DNA from: Thermoproteaceae archaeon
GTDB taxonomy: Archaea > Thermoproteota > Thermoprotei > Thermoproteales > Thermoproteaceae
Direction: 5' to 3'
DNA: 22,591 bases
NCBI GenBank assembly: GCA_020833025.1
Contig: JAJHRB010000022.1
Span: forward strand, 1-22,591
Below, one piece after another: positions 8,544 through 16,341 of this stretch (position 1 is the stretch's first letter; every line of letters begins with the position of its first letter). Position numbers and translations under genes: made by a program. The notes beneath the pieces are model-generated. The model had not been told where the DNA came from and ran no database searches. It saw only the letters and a list, made by a program, of their open reading frames with translations.

Positions 8544-9010
8544 AGCGCGTCCCTGAGATCGCGCGCGAGCTTGACGAGTTCCTCATGCAGGTTTTCCGCG
8601 CGCATCTCAGTGTCCTTGGGAATCACGTGCAGATGTATGTGTTCCTCGAGCCCGGCGCCTGCTGCCCTCCCCACGTTAATTCCGATCACGAAGTCGCGCG
8701 AGCTCGCGACTGCCCTGAGGGCCCCTACCAGTTTTCTCAGTAGCGTCATCATTTCCACCCACTCGTTGCCGGCAAGCTCCTCAAACTGCGAGATATGTCG
8801 GTACGGCGCTATCATTGCGTGCCCCCAGGTGTATGGATACCTGTTCAAAATTACAAGCGCGTACGCGCCCCTAAGGACGACCAAGTTCTCATCGTCGCGG
8901 CCTGTCTCTTGCACGGCCTTGCACAGAAAGCACTCACGCTTGCCAGAAGCGCTCATGCTCTGTATGTATCTATAGCGCCACGGTGTTAACACTGGCCTAA
9001 AGCACGGCAT
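8540..9010 (-). CDS. HIT-family nucleotide hydrolase (Ap4A hydrolase/phosphorylase-like)
   Basis: HIT motif HIHLHVIP, N-terminal PWRYRYI and CFLC, LNRYPYTWGH, GINVGRAAGAG. Its stop overlaps the ATPase start (ATGA at 8540-8543). Confidence 0.92.
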   Translation of the reverse strand: MPCFRPVLTPWRYRYIQSMSASGKRECFLCKAVQETGRDDENLVVLRGAYALVILNRYPYTWGHAMIAPYRHISQFEELAGNEWVEMMTLLRKLVGALRAVASSRDFVIGINVGRAAGAGLEEHIHLHVIPKDTEMRAENLHEELVKLARDLRDAL

Positions 9011-9032
9011 CTAGAGAGACGGCATCGCTAGC

Positions 9033-9038
9033 TTTAAA
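9033..9038 (-). promoter_or_regulatory. TATA box (TTTAAA) of the HIT-ATPase-PIN operon
   Basis: -28 to -23 from ATG 9010, inside an AT-rich patch in otherwise GC-rich DNA. The motif is palindromic, so it could also fire on the + strand. Confidence 0.6.
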
Positions 9039-9137
9039 ATTAAAAAGTGCTTTGGCTGGCGCTAGCCCTCGGAGGGCCCGGGCAGCGCCCGCCCGGCCCG
9101 CTCCCGAGAGCAACCGCCGGCGAAGCGTGCGTTTTAC

Positions 9138-9669
9138 AAGCGGAAGCCTCGCCCCTCGGGGCAGGGATGTGGCAGCTCGCCAAATTTTTATGGCAGCTGG
9201 ATGCAGGGAGTGAATGAGGAGGGCGGTGGCCGTCAAGATAGAGAGCCCGCCGCCCGAGCTGTACGCCGTCGAGGAGGCGTATCAGAGAATCGTCGAGGCG
9301 GTGGCTGTCTACGTCGCCGAGAGGGGGAGGCTGGATAAGGAGAAGTACGACGAGCTGTATAGGCATTTTAGAGAGCTATACCCGCAGATGCCCGCCCAGC
9401 CCGCCCGGCAGGCCGTGGGCCAAGGCGCCGAAGTGGGGAGGTTGTTTCTGGAGCTGAGTAGAAATGGCCGTGTTTGCAAGGGCAGGAGCCCGCAGGAGGA
9501 GATGATAGGCGTTAAGGAAAACATCCCGCGGCCCGTCGTGCACGCGGTTCAGACCTTGCTGGCCAGCTCCCAGGGGCCTGCGATGCTGGCCCGGGCCAGC
9601 TCCACGACCCCCATCCGAGGGGCCGATGAGGGCAGGGCGGGGGAGCCTCCCCGCGGGGCGCTGCCTCAC
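9138..9669 (+). mobile_element. Internally deleted, tnpB-only IS200/IS605-family (IS1341-like) element remnant
   Basis: Left: TTAC (9134-9137), then GAAG plus the hairpin CCT-C-GCCCC-TC-GGGGC-AGG (9147-9165). Right: hairpin GCGGGG/CCCCGC (9637-9654) and TCAC (9666-9669). A TnpB-like N-terminal coding sequence lies between them. Confidence 0.55.
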
Positions 9670-9681
9670 GCAGCCACATGA
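9214..9681 (+). pseudogene. tnpB: Truncated TnpB (Cas12-ancestor) remnant, N-terminal WED/REC part only, RuvC core missing
   Basis: MRRAVAVKI...YDELYRHFRELYPQMPAQ...QA..QG.EVG..FLEL...GRV resembles archaeal TnpB N-termini. No GxDxG RuvC-I motif, no RuvC-II Glu and no CxxC zinc finger. The C-terminal 60 aa look non-globular. TTTTTAT at 9185-9191 is a plausible promoter. Confidence 0.62.
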
Positions 9682-10046
9682 GACTCGAAGAGGCCGCAGC
9701 GCTGCTCAAAGAGAAGCTCAATAGCAAGACCTTCAGGAGGGCAGTGGGCGCCAGAGCGGCGGAGGCAATAGAGACACTAGTTAGGGCATTCGAGTGCGGT
9801 GTGTGTTTAAACAACAAAGACGCCGCTGAGATTCTGCACAACTACTACGTTTTTGAGTCTCGCGTTAGGCAGATACTCGAGCTGTACAACAGGATAACGC
9901 GCGGCGCCCTCGGCGCGTTCGCGAGAGAGATGGTGGGGGAGCCCGTCGGCGCCGGGCCTCTTGACTACACGGCGTTACTGGGCGAACTTGAGAAATACAG
10001 AGAGTACGTGTTTTCTATCGCGAGGCGCGCGCTTAAATGCCGGTAG
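9678..10046 (+). CDS. Hypothetical protein (122 aa, helical)
   Basis: Clean ORF with protein-like composition. The ATG overlaps the stop of the tnpB remnant (ATGA at 9678-9681). Confidence 0.75.
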   Translation: MRLEEAAALLKEKLNSKTFRRAVGARAAEAIETLVRAFECGVCLNNKDAAEILHNYYVFESRVRQILELYNRITRGALGAFAREMVGEPVGAGPLDYTALLGELEKYREYVFSIARRALKCR

Positions 10047-10106
10047 CCGCTGCGCGGCCATCCGCGCCAGGTCTGGAGTCCGATAGCGTACGGCCAGTTA
10101 GCGGCT

Positions 10107-10331
10107 TCACTCCTCCCTCTCTAGCTCTACTGCATAGATTCCGGGCTTGCTGATATCCATCCTCTTGGCAATACATGACTTGTTGGGGTCTATTACCACA
10201 ATCATCCCCCGCCACTTGAGCGTGAAGTCCTCCGAGCCGCAGTTGGGACACTGAGTCGCGTCCTCGCGAACAACGAGCTTGCAGCGCTTGCAGGCCTTGT
10301 ACCCCACAAGTGTCCGGCGCCTGGAGCTCAT
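10107..10331 (-). CDS. spt4: Transcription elongation factor Spt4 (RpoE2 / subunit E'')
   Basis: KACKRCKLV...CPNCGS zinc ribbon and W.G..VVIDP.KS.IAK...I..PG.YA. Directly downstream of rpoE1. Has its own TTTAA at 10359-10355. Confidence 0.95.
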   Translation of the reverse strand: MSSRRRTLVGYKACKRCKLVVREDATQCPNCGSEDFTLKWRGMIVVIDPNKSCIAKRMDISKPGIYAVELEREE

Positions 10332-10387
10332 TCGCGCGCCACGCGAGGCCAGGCTTAAATTATTGCACCTTCCTGACCACGCGCCCC

Positions 10388-10960
10388 TCAGGCCTTCTTG
10401 GCCGGCTTCTTTTCTTTAAGCCACTCCAGCTTTCCAAGTCCTGGCGTCCTCATCGTCATTATTACCCTAAAGGTCAGGCTTGTGCTGTCTCTGGGAGTCA
10501 CGAGACTCACGCCCGTTATGCGGGCCCTTACGATATCGCCAACGCCGACCCGTCTCTTGCTGCGCCCCCCTATGTAGCTCCTGCCCGCCGCGTCGAAGAA
10601 GATGTCTGGCTCGTCCATTACGTGCACCTTATTGATAAAGCCGACTATGGGCCCTATCCTGACGAACATCCCTATTTCTCTGGCGCCCTCGACCACGCCC
10701 TCTACTATCTCGCCGTTTAGGGGCATGAATGCTAGCATCGTGAACGAGGTCTTGTGATAAGTGCCGCCGTCGCCGAAAATTATCTTGCCCTCTCGCTCAA
10801 CTCTCACTGACAGCACTGCGACTACGTAGCCGACGTCTCTAAGCACCCTGCTCTCGTACTTCTTTCTGAGCTGCTGAATCGCTATATCCTCAAGCGGCTT
10901 GCCGAATTCGGACGGCGGTACCCTTATGTAGTCCTCCGCCTCTACGAGTCTGAATGGCAC
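10388..10960 (-). CDS. rpoE1: DNA-directed RNA polymerase subunit E' (Rpo7), 190 aa from GTG 10960
   Basis: EDYIRVPP..FG, G.I..GDGGTY, GIFVRIGP-like motif, S1 domain with GDIVRARI, RxPGLGKLEW. The TTG at 10981 in the ORF track overlaps the TATA box, so GTG 10960 is preferred. Confidence 0.95.
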   Translation of the reverse strand: MPFRLVEAEDYIRVPPSEFGKPLEDIAIQQLRKKYESRVLRDVGYVVAVLSVRVEREGKIIFGDGGTYHKTSFTMLAFMPLNGEIVEGVVEGAREIGMFVRIGPIVGFINKVHVMDEPDIFFDAAGRSYIGGRSKRRVGVGDIVRARITGVSLVTPRDSTSLTFRVIMTMRTPGLGKLEWLKEKKPAKKA

Positions 10961-10980
10961 GCAGAGCGGCTGCGCCGGCA

Positions 10981-10986
10981 ATATAA
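10981..10986 (-). promoter_or_regulatory. TATA box (TTATAT) of rpoE1
   Basis: -26 to -21 from GTG 10960. Confidence 0.6.
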
Positions 10987-11077
10987 GCGCAGCGCCAGCG
11001 GCTTGCTGGCTTGTGGGCAGCCATGTGGGCCTCAGAGCGCCTTGGAGGGCCGCCCGGCCTCCGTCACAACAGAATCC

Positions 11078-11084
11078 TTATTAA
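11078..11084 (+). promoter_or_regulatory. TATA box (TTATTAA) of alaS
   Basis: -28 to -22 from ATG 11106. The same heptamer precedes ino1. Confidence 0.6.
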
Positions 11085-11105
11085 TCCTCATGCCCCAGCC
11101 GCGAC

Positions 11106-13880
11106 ATGGAGGGGCGCCCCCCGCCGGGCCGGCCACCCGGAGTTCCAGATCCCACGGGAGCGGCCGGGGCGGGAGGGGGGTATGCAGCGCTGACATCTAG
11201 GCTGTTCCGGGAGCTGGGTTTCGTGCGGAAACAGTGCCCGCGCTGCAAGTCATACTTCTGGACTCTCAATCGCGAGCAGGCCTACTGCGGGGATCAGCCG
11301 TGCGTGCCGTACGGCTTTATAAATAACCCGCCGGCAAGCAGGCTGCCGGAATCCGTCTCGCAGCTGAGGGAGAGATTCCTCCGCTTCTTCGAGGCGCGCG
11401 GCCACGCGAGAGTAAAGCGGTATCCTGTCGTTGCCCGGTGGCGTGATGATGTATATCTGGTCGGGGCCTCCATTTACGATTTCCAGCCGTGGGTTACCAG
11501 CGGGGCCGTGCCGCCGCCTGCCAACCCGCTAGTCATATCGCAGCCGTCTATCAGACTGACCGACGTGGACAAGGTCGGGCGGAGCGGGCGCCACTTGACA
11601 GGGTTTGAGATGATGGCCCATCACGCATTCAATTACCCTGAGAAGTATGTGTACTGGATAGATGAGACTGTGGAGTATGCGTACGAGTTCTTTGCAAAAG
11701 AGCTCGGCATAGCCCCTGAGGAGATAACATTCAAGGAGTCGGTGTGGGAGGGAGGCGGGAATGCAGGCGAGTGCTTTGAGGTGCTGATAAGGGGCCTTGA
11801 GGTAGCCACCTTGGTTTTCATGCACTACGAGGTGAGGGACGGCAGGTACGTGGAGCTCCCGCTCAGGATAGTGGACACAGGCTACGGTCTCGAGAGGATT
11901 TACTGGTTGCTAAGAGGCTCGCCGACAATCTACGACGCGGTCTTCGGCCAGTTCATAGACAGAGTCAGGATAGCTCTTGGTGTTGAGCGGCCGCCTGAGG
12001 ATGTGCTGGCGAGAGCAGCAGTGCACTTCGGCCGGCTGGATCCCGAGCTGATCGGGCTGAGCAAGGCCTACGAGCTCGTCGCGCAGAGCATAGGCGCCGA
12101 TCCGAGGTGGTTTGAGGGCGTGATGAGAGCGCAAGAGGCGCTTTACGTGCTCGCCGACCACGGGAGGTCAGTGGCGTGGATGATAGCGGACGGAGTGATA
12201 CCATCAAACGCCGGAGCCGGCTATCTCGCGCGGCTGCTGATAAGGCGCATGTTGCGGTACCTGAGATTTACAGGGGCGGAGGTCCCGCTGGCCGAGATAA
12301 TGAGCGTGTGCGTGAGGGAGCTGAGGCGCGAGTATCCAGAGGTAGGCGACGCGGAGAGCCTGATATTGGAGCTTGTAGAGATGGAGGAGCGGAAGTTTAG
12401 GGAGGTATTAAAGTCGGCGCCAGCTGCGGTGAAGAGAGCGCTTGAGGAGGCCAGACGCAGCGGGAGGGAGGCCCTGAGCGTTGACGACATAGTAGTGCTG
12501 TACGACAGTCACGGAATTCCGCCTGAGACTGCCGCCGAGGTGGCAAGACGGCTGGGAGTCGAGGTTAGAATCCCCGATGATTTCTACTCAAGACTCGCCG
12601 CGAGGCACGGCGCGAGAGGGAGGCGCCGCGAGAGGCAAGTAGTTGAGATGTCGGCGCTGGCCGAACTCCCAAGGACGCGCGAGTTGTTTTACGAGGACCC
12701 GTACATGAAATGCTTCAAAGCCAGCGTGCTGCGAGTGATTGGCGGCAAGTACGTCGTTCTTGACCAGACGGCATTTTATCCCGAGGGCGGGGGCCAGCCT
12801 GCCGACACGGGCGTGCTCAGACATGCCGGCGGCATTGCTAGGGTAGTTGACGTCCGGCGAGTCGGGCACGTGATAGTGCACGCCGTCGAGGGAAACGTGC
12901 CGCAGGAGGGCGCCGATATTATCGGCGAGATAGACTGGGAGAGAAGGTATGGCCTCATGAAGATGCACACAGGGACGCACATACTACTGCAGAGCATCAG
13001 GCGCGTGCTCGGCAGCCATATATGGCAGGCAGGCGCGCAGAAGGACCTGCCATTCAGCCGTCTCGACGTGACGCACTACAAGATGCCCTCAGCCGGGGAG
13101 ATTGCAAAAATAGAGAGGCTAGCGAACGAGATCGTTCAGGCAAATTTGCCCGTGCGTGTTAAGGTCATGCTGAGAAGTGAGGCTGAGTCAAAATACGGCT
13201 TCGTGCTTTATCAGGGCGGCGCCGCCCCGTCCAGAGATCTGCGAGTCGTCCAGATAGGAGACGAGGGGGGCGTGTTTGACGTGCAGGCGTGCGGCGGCAC
13301 GCACGTGAGGCTCACTGGAGAGATTGGCGTGATAAAAATAGTGAGAGTCGAGCGAATCGCAGAGGGGGCCGTTCGCTTCGTTCTCTCAACCGGGCTGCAC
13401 GTGCTTGAGTACGTGCAGAGGCTTGAGCAGCAGGCTGCCGAGGCGGCGAGTGTGGCGGGGGGCTCAAGGGATGAGCTCGTCGAGGCCGTTAAGAGACTGC
13501 TCCACAGGGCTGGGGAATGGGAGAGAAGGGCCCGGCGCTACGTAGAGCTATACGCATCGCTGCTCGCGGGGAGCCTCCGCACGGAGCGCGCCGGTAATTA
13601 CGAGCTTGCCGCGGTTGAGCTTGACGATGACGAGCTGGCAAGAAAGCTAGCGCTGGCGGCCACGAGCCGCAACAAGAGCCTCGTGCTTGTCGTGACAAGC
13701 GGGAAGCGCGTGAGTATATACACGGGCGGCCTCGACGTGGAGCACATAATGAGTGCGCTCAGAGAGGCAGGATTTAAGGGCGGCGGCTCCAAGACATTCG
13801 CGCAGGGAGTTTACGAGGGCAGCGTGGAGAGCTTGCTAGGGGCCGTCAAAGCAGCACTAACGCGCGCGGGGCAATTGTGA
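11106..13880 (+). CDS. alaS: Alanyl-tRNA synthetase (archaeal type); start position uncertain
   Basis: CxxC...FWT...CGD.PC, [34 protein letters not shown], [24 protein letters not shown], editing-domain HTGTH and ACGGTH, C-terminal GGGS. Confidence 0.97.
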   Translation: MEGRPPPGRPPGVPDPTGAAGAGGGYAALTSRLFRELGFVRKQCPRCKSYFWTLNREQAYCGDQPCVPYGFINNPPASRLPESVSQLRERFLRFFEARGHARVKRYPVVARWRDDVYLVGASIYDFQPWVTSGAVPPPANPLVISQPSIRLTDVDKVGRSGRHLTGFEMMAHHAFNYPEKYVYWIDETVEYAYEFFAKELGIAPEEITFKESVWEGGGNAGECFEVLIRGLEVATLVFMHYEVRDGRYVELPLRIVDTGYGLERIYWLLRGSPTIYDAVFGQFIDRVRIALGVERPPEDVLARAAVHFGRLDPELIGLSKAYELVAQSIGADPRWFEGVMRAQEALYVLADHGRSVAWMIADGVIPSNAGAGYLARLLIRRMLRYLRFTGAEVPLAEIMSVCVRELRREYPEVGDAESLILELVEMEERKFREVLKSAPAAVKRALEEARRSGREALSVDDIVVLYDSHGIPPETAAEVARRLGVEVRIPDDFYSRLAARHGARGRRRERQVVEMSALAELPRTRELFYEDPYMKCFKASVLRVIGGKYVVLDQTAFYPEGGGQPADTGVLRHAGGIARVVDVRRVGHVIVHAVEGNVPQEGADIIGEIDWERRYGLMKMHTGTHILLQSIRRVLGSHIWQAGAQKDLPFSRLDVTHYKMPSAGEIAKIERLANEIVQANLPVRVKVMLRSEAESKYGFVLYQGGAAPSRDLRVVQIGDEGGVFDVQACGGTHVRLTGEIGVIKIVRVERIAEGAVRFVLSTGLHVLEYVQRLEQQAAEAASVAGGSRDELVEAVKRLLHRAGEWERRARRYVELYASLLAGSLRTERAGNYELAAVELDDDELARKLALAATSRNKSLVLVVTSGKRVSIYTGGLDVEHIMSALREAGFKGGGSKTFAQGVYEGSVESLLGAVKAALTRAGQL

Positions 13881-14272
13881 ATATTCGCGAGTTTGAGAGA
13901 CTGCTGAGGCGAATGGGAGTCAGAGTGGAGGAGGTGGAGGCATCTCACGTCGAGCTTTACTTAAAGAGCGGCGAGGTCGTGCGGATAGAGAGCCCGACCG
14001 TGTTGCTATTGAGGGCGCCGGGCAAAGTAGTGGTGTACCAGGTTCAGGCTCACGAGAGCTCAATACGGCGCGAGACCCCCCGGGCGCAGGAACACGCCGC
14101 CCCCGCCGGATACACGCCGGACGAGGAGGATATAGCGCTAGTAATGGAGCAGACGGGGGCGTCCCGAGAGGAGGCTATCAGAGCGCTGATGGAGTCAGGA
14201 GGCGATCTAGTGCAGGCTGTGATGAAATTGCTCCCACAAAAGGGGCAGGGCCGGGCGGAACAGGGGACTTAG
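13877..14272 (+). CDS. nac: Nascent polypeptide-associated complex protein (archaeal NAC)
   Basis: N-terminal NAC domain (RRMGV..EEV...V) and C-terminal UBA-like [22 protein letters not shown]...GDLVQA. GTGA overlap with the alaS stop. Confidence 0.93.
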   Translation: MNIREFERLLRRMGVRVEEVEASHVELYLKSGEVVRIESPTVLLLRAPGKVVVYQVQAHESSIRRETPRAQEHAAPAGYTPDEEDIALVMEQTGASREEAIRALMESGGDLVQAVMKLLPQKGQGRAEQGT

Positions 14273-14439
14273 CCTAGCTCCAGCCCCGAAGCTGCACGAT
14301 TTGCCGACTTACGCGCATATCCTGAGAGCTCTTAATAAGCGCGCCGCGCGCAGCAATCCTAGGGCAGCCAGGCTGGGGCGCCGGAGGCAGGTCCCGCAGG
14401 GGACGGGGAAAGCTTAAAACTTGCGCCGCGCCGGGCACA

Positions 14440-15150
14440 GTGTCCCACCTCCCCATACTCCCGCGTGGACTGCCCGTAGGCAGGGCTCCCGGTAAGAAGC
14501 TGCCAGTGTACAAGAAAATACTGGAGGAGAATAAAAGAAAGTGGATGATCAAGGAGTTTCTCGAGCAGAGATTGAGCAGGTACGGGTACGTTGACTCAGA
14601 AATTCTGAAGACCCCACTGGGCACGCGGATTGTAATTTACGCCGAGAGGCCGTCGAGGATAATAGGCAGGAAGGGCGCCGTGATAAAGGAGATAAGCAAC
14701 ATCCTCACCTCAAAGTTCGGCATCGAGAATGTGCAAATTGACGTGATTGACATCTCGAGAATAGAGGCCCCCGAAATGTTCCCAAGGGTTATAGCCTACC
14801 GCATTGCAAATGCTATGGCTAAAGGGGTGAGACTTAGACGGGCTCTCTTTATTGCAACAAGACAGTTGACGGAGGCTGGGGTGAAGGGATTCGAGGTAGT
14901 CATAAGTGGGAAGCTCTCTACTGAGAGAGCCCGCTTTGAGAAAATAACCCACGGCAAGCTTTACAAAATAGGCCACGACGCAAAGAACGCGGTGAGGAGA
15001 GCCGTCGCGCCAGTGCTCTTGAAGCCGGGAATTTACGGCATAGAGGTCAGAATCGCGCCGGCGGGTATTCGCTACGCAGACGAGTACAGAATTAAGCTGC
15101 CCGTAAGGCCTGAAGCAGAAAGCACGGCCGAGCAGAAGACCGCGGCTTAG
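14440..15150 (+). CDS. rps3: 30S ribosomal protein uS3
   Basis: KTPLGTRIVIYAERPSRIIGRKG KH domain, G.KG.EVVISGKL..ERARFEK, LLKPGIYGIEVRI. TTAAAA at 14414-14419. Confidence 0.97.
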   Translation: MSHLPILPRGLPVGRAPGKKLPVYKKILEENKRKWMIKEFLEQRLSRYGYVDSEILKTPLGTRIVIYAERPSRIIGRKGAVIKEISNILTSKFGIENVQIDVIDISRIEAPEMFPRVIAYRIANAMAKGVRLRRALFIATRQLTEAGVKGFEVVISGKLSTERARFEKITHGKLYKIGHDAKNAVRRAVAPVLLKPGIYGIEVRIAPAGIRYADEYRIKLPVRPEAESTAEQKTAA

Positions 15151-15157
15151 AGCGCCA

Positions 15158-15385
15158 ATGCCTTTAAGCGTAGAGAGGTACAAGCTCAAGGCTGAGGCGC
15201 TGCGCAAGATGACGCCTGAGGAGCGGAGAGAGCTTCTGAACCAGCTGCGCGCAGAGCTTCTCAGACTTCAGACCCAGAGAGCCCGCGGCGTTGTCGAGAG
15301 CCCCGGCCTTATAAGAGTAATAAAGAGGGCCATTGCGAGAGTACTGACAATTGAGCGAGAGAGTCTAAAGAAGCCGGCACAGTAG
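15158..15385 (+). CDS. rpl29: 50S ribosomal protein uL29
   Basis: LRKMT.EE...L..LR.EL..L......G..E.PG.IR.IKR.IAR.LTI pattern. Follows rps3. Confidence 0.95.
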   Translation: MPLSVERYKLKAEALRKMTPEERRELLNQLRAELLRLQTQRARGVVESPGLIRVIKRAIARVLTIERESLKKPAQ

Positions 15386-15386
15386 A

Positions 15387-15683
15387 ATGCAGAAAGGGGC
15401 CTGCAATAGTAATAAACGGCGCTGCAGAGGGCGAGGATTCCAACGTTGTGTGGACCTGCTCGGCAGGGAGGTTATAGCGTACAAGTGCCCTTATAGCGCC
15501 AGCGGGCTCGCCGTCGGCGAAACTCACAACACGCTCCTCCTACTCATTCCAGATAGGGGTAAGGTGGTAACAATACCGAAGGCAGTATGTTATTTTTTCA
15601 TTAAAGACCTGGGAGTGCTGGTTAACGGCATTTACTTAGTCGGCTACCGCGACAGGAGGCTGTTCAGCTGCGGAATGATCTAG
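15387..15683 (+). CDS. rnp1: Ribonuclease P protein component 1 (Rpp29/Pop4)
   Basis: DLLG.EV.......SG..VGET.NTL......K...IPK....F...V.G..LVG..D.R, at the canonical position after rpl29. Confidence 0.82.
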   Translation: MQKGACNSNKRRCRGRGFQRCVDLLGREVIAYKCPYSASGLAVGETHNTLLLLIPDRGKVVTIPKAVCYFFIKDLGVLVNGIYLVGYRDRRLFSCGMI

Positions 15684-16341
15684 CGTCCTTGAGGAACTGC
15701 AAGAGTGCCGGGAAGTCGCCGGGCGCCGATATAATAACGCCGGGCACGAGCCCCTCCAGCCCTCTGACAAACTCGGCCGCCTCTCGCGGCTTGAATGCTG
15801 CGTGCCCGAGCCTCTCCAGCAGTGCCGTGTTTTTCTCCGTTGCTATGATAACGTAGGGGTAAATCGCCGCGTTCAGATCTGCGAGCTGCCAGGCGCTAGT
15901 TGCATGAAGCGCTAAGTAGAAGTCCGCGCCTAGAGTTTCAAGCCTTTTTCTGTAGTCCCGTCTTAAACTGAGTATAGCGCCGGTCACGAACCCCATCTTC
16001 TTGGCCTCCGCAACGGCCTCCTCTGTTGTCACCTCGCCGACGGGCCTGCCTTCGGCAGGCGGGTCTCCCTGCAGCAAGACAACATACTTTATTTCGAGCA
16101 GTTGGGCGCCGCCAAGTAGCGACTTAAAGCCGGTCTTGTTGAGGTCTGCGAGTCTCAAGTGTAGTATAGGCTCAAGACCCATCTGTTTTGCGAGTGCGCA
16201 CGCCGCAATGGAGTGGGCTATGGGCCTGCCGCAGGGCGCCTCTGGTATGTCCACTCTGTCAACCAGAGACTTTAGCGAGGAGAGCTTTTGCAAAAATGCT
16301 GTCTTGTTTCGCGACGGTACGACCTCTGCAATTATTTCCAT
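15664..16341 (-). CDS. Methylenetetrahydrofolate reductase (MetF)-family flavoprotein
   Basis: E..P, D.VDIPEAP.G, EPILHLR..DLN...F.S.L.GA....I..V.LL.GDP: the MTHFR TIM-barrel N-terminal pattern. Short (225 aa), so the substrate is not established. Confidence 0.75.
   Translation of the reverse strand: MEIIAEVVPSRNKTAFLQKLSSLKSLVDRVDIPEAPCGRPIAHSIAACALAKQMGLEPILHLRLADLNKTGFKSLLGGAQLLEIKYVVLLQGDPPAEGRPVGEVTTEEAVAEAKKMGFVTGAILSLRRDYRKRLETLGADFYLALHATSAWQLADLNAAIYPYVIIATEKNTALLERLGHAAFKPREAAEFVRGLEGLVPGVIISAPGDFPALLQFLKDARSFRS

Noticed and set aside
7423-8989. Plus-strand ORFs 7423..7836, 8337..8975 and similar
   Set aside because: Antisense to the well-supported HIT/ATPase/PIN genes.
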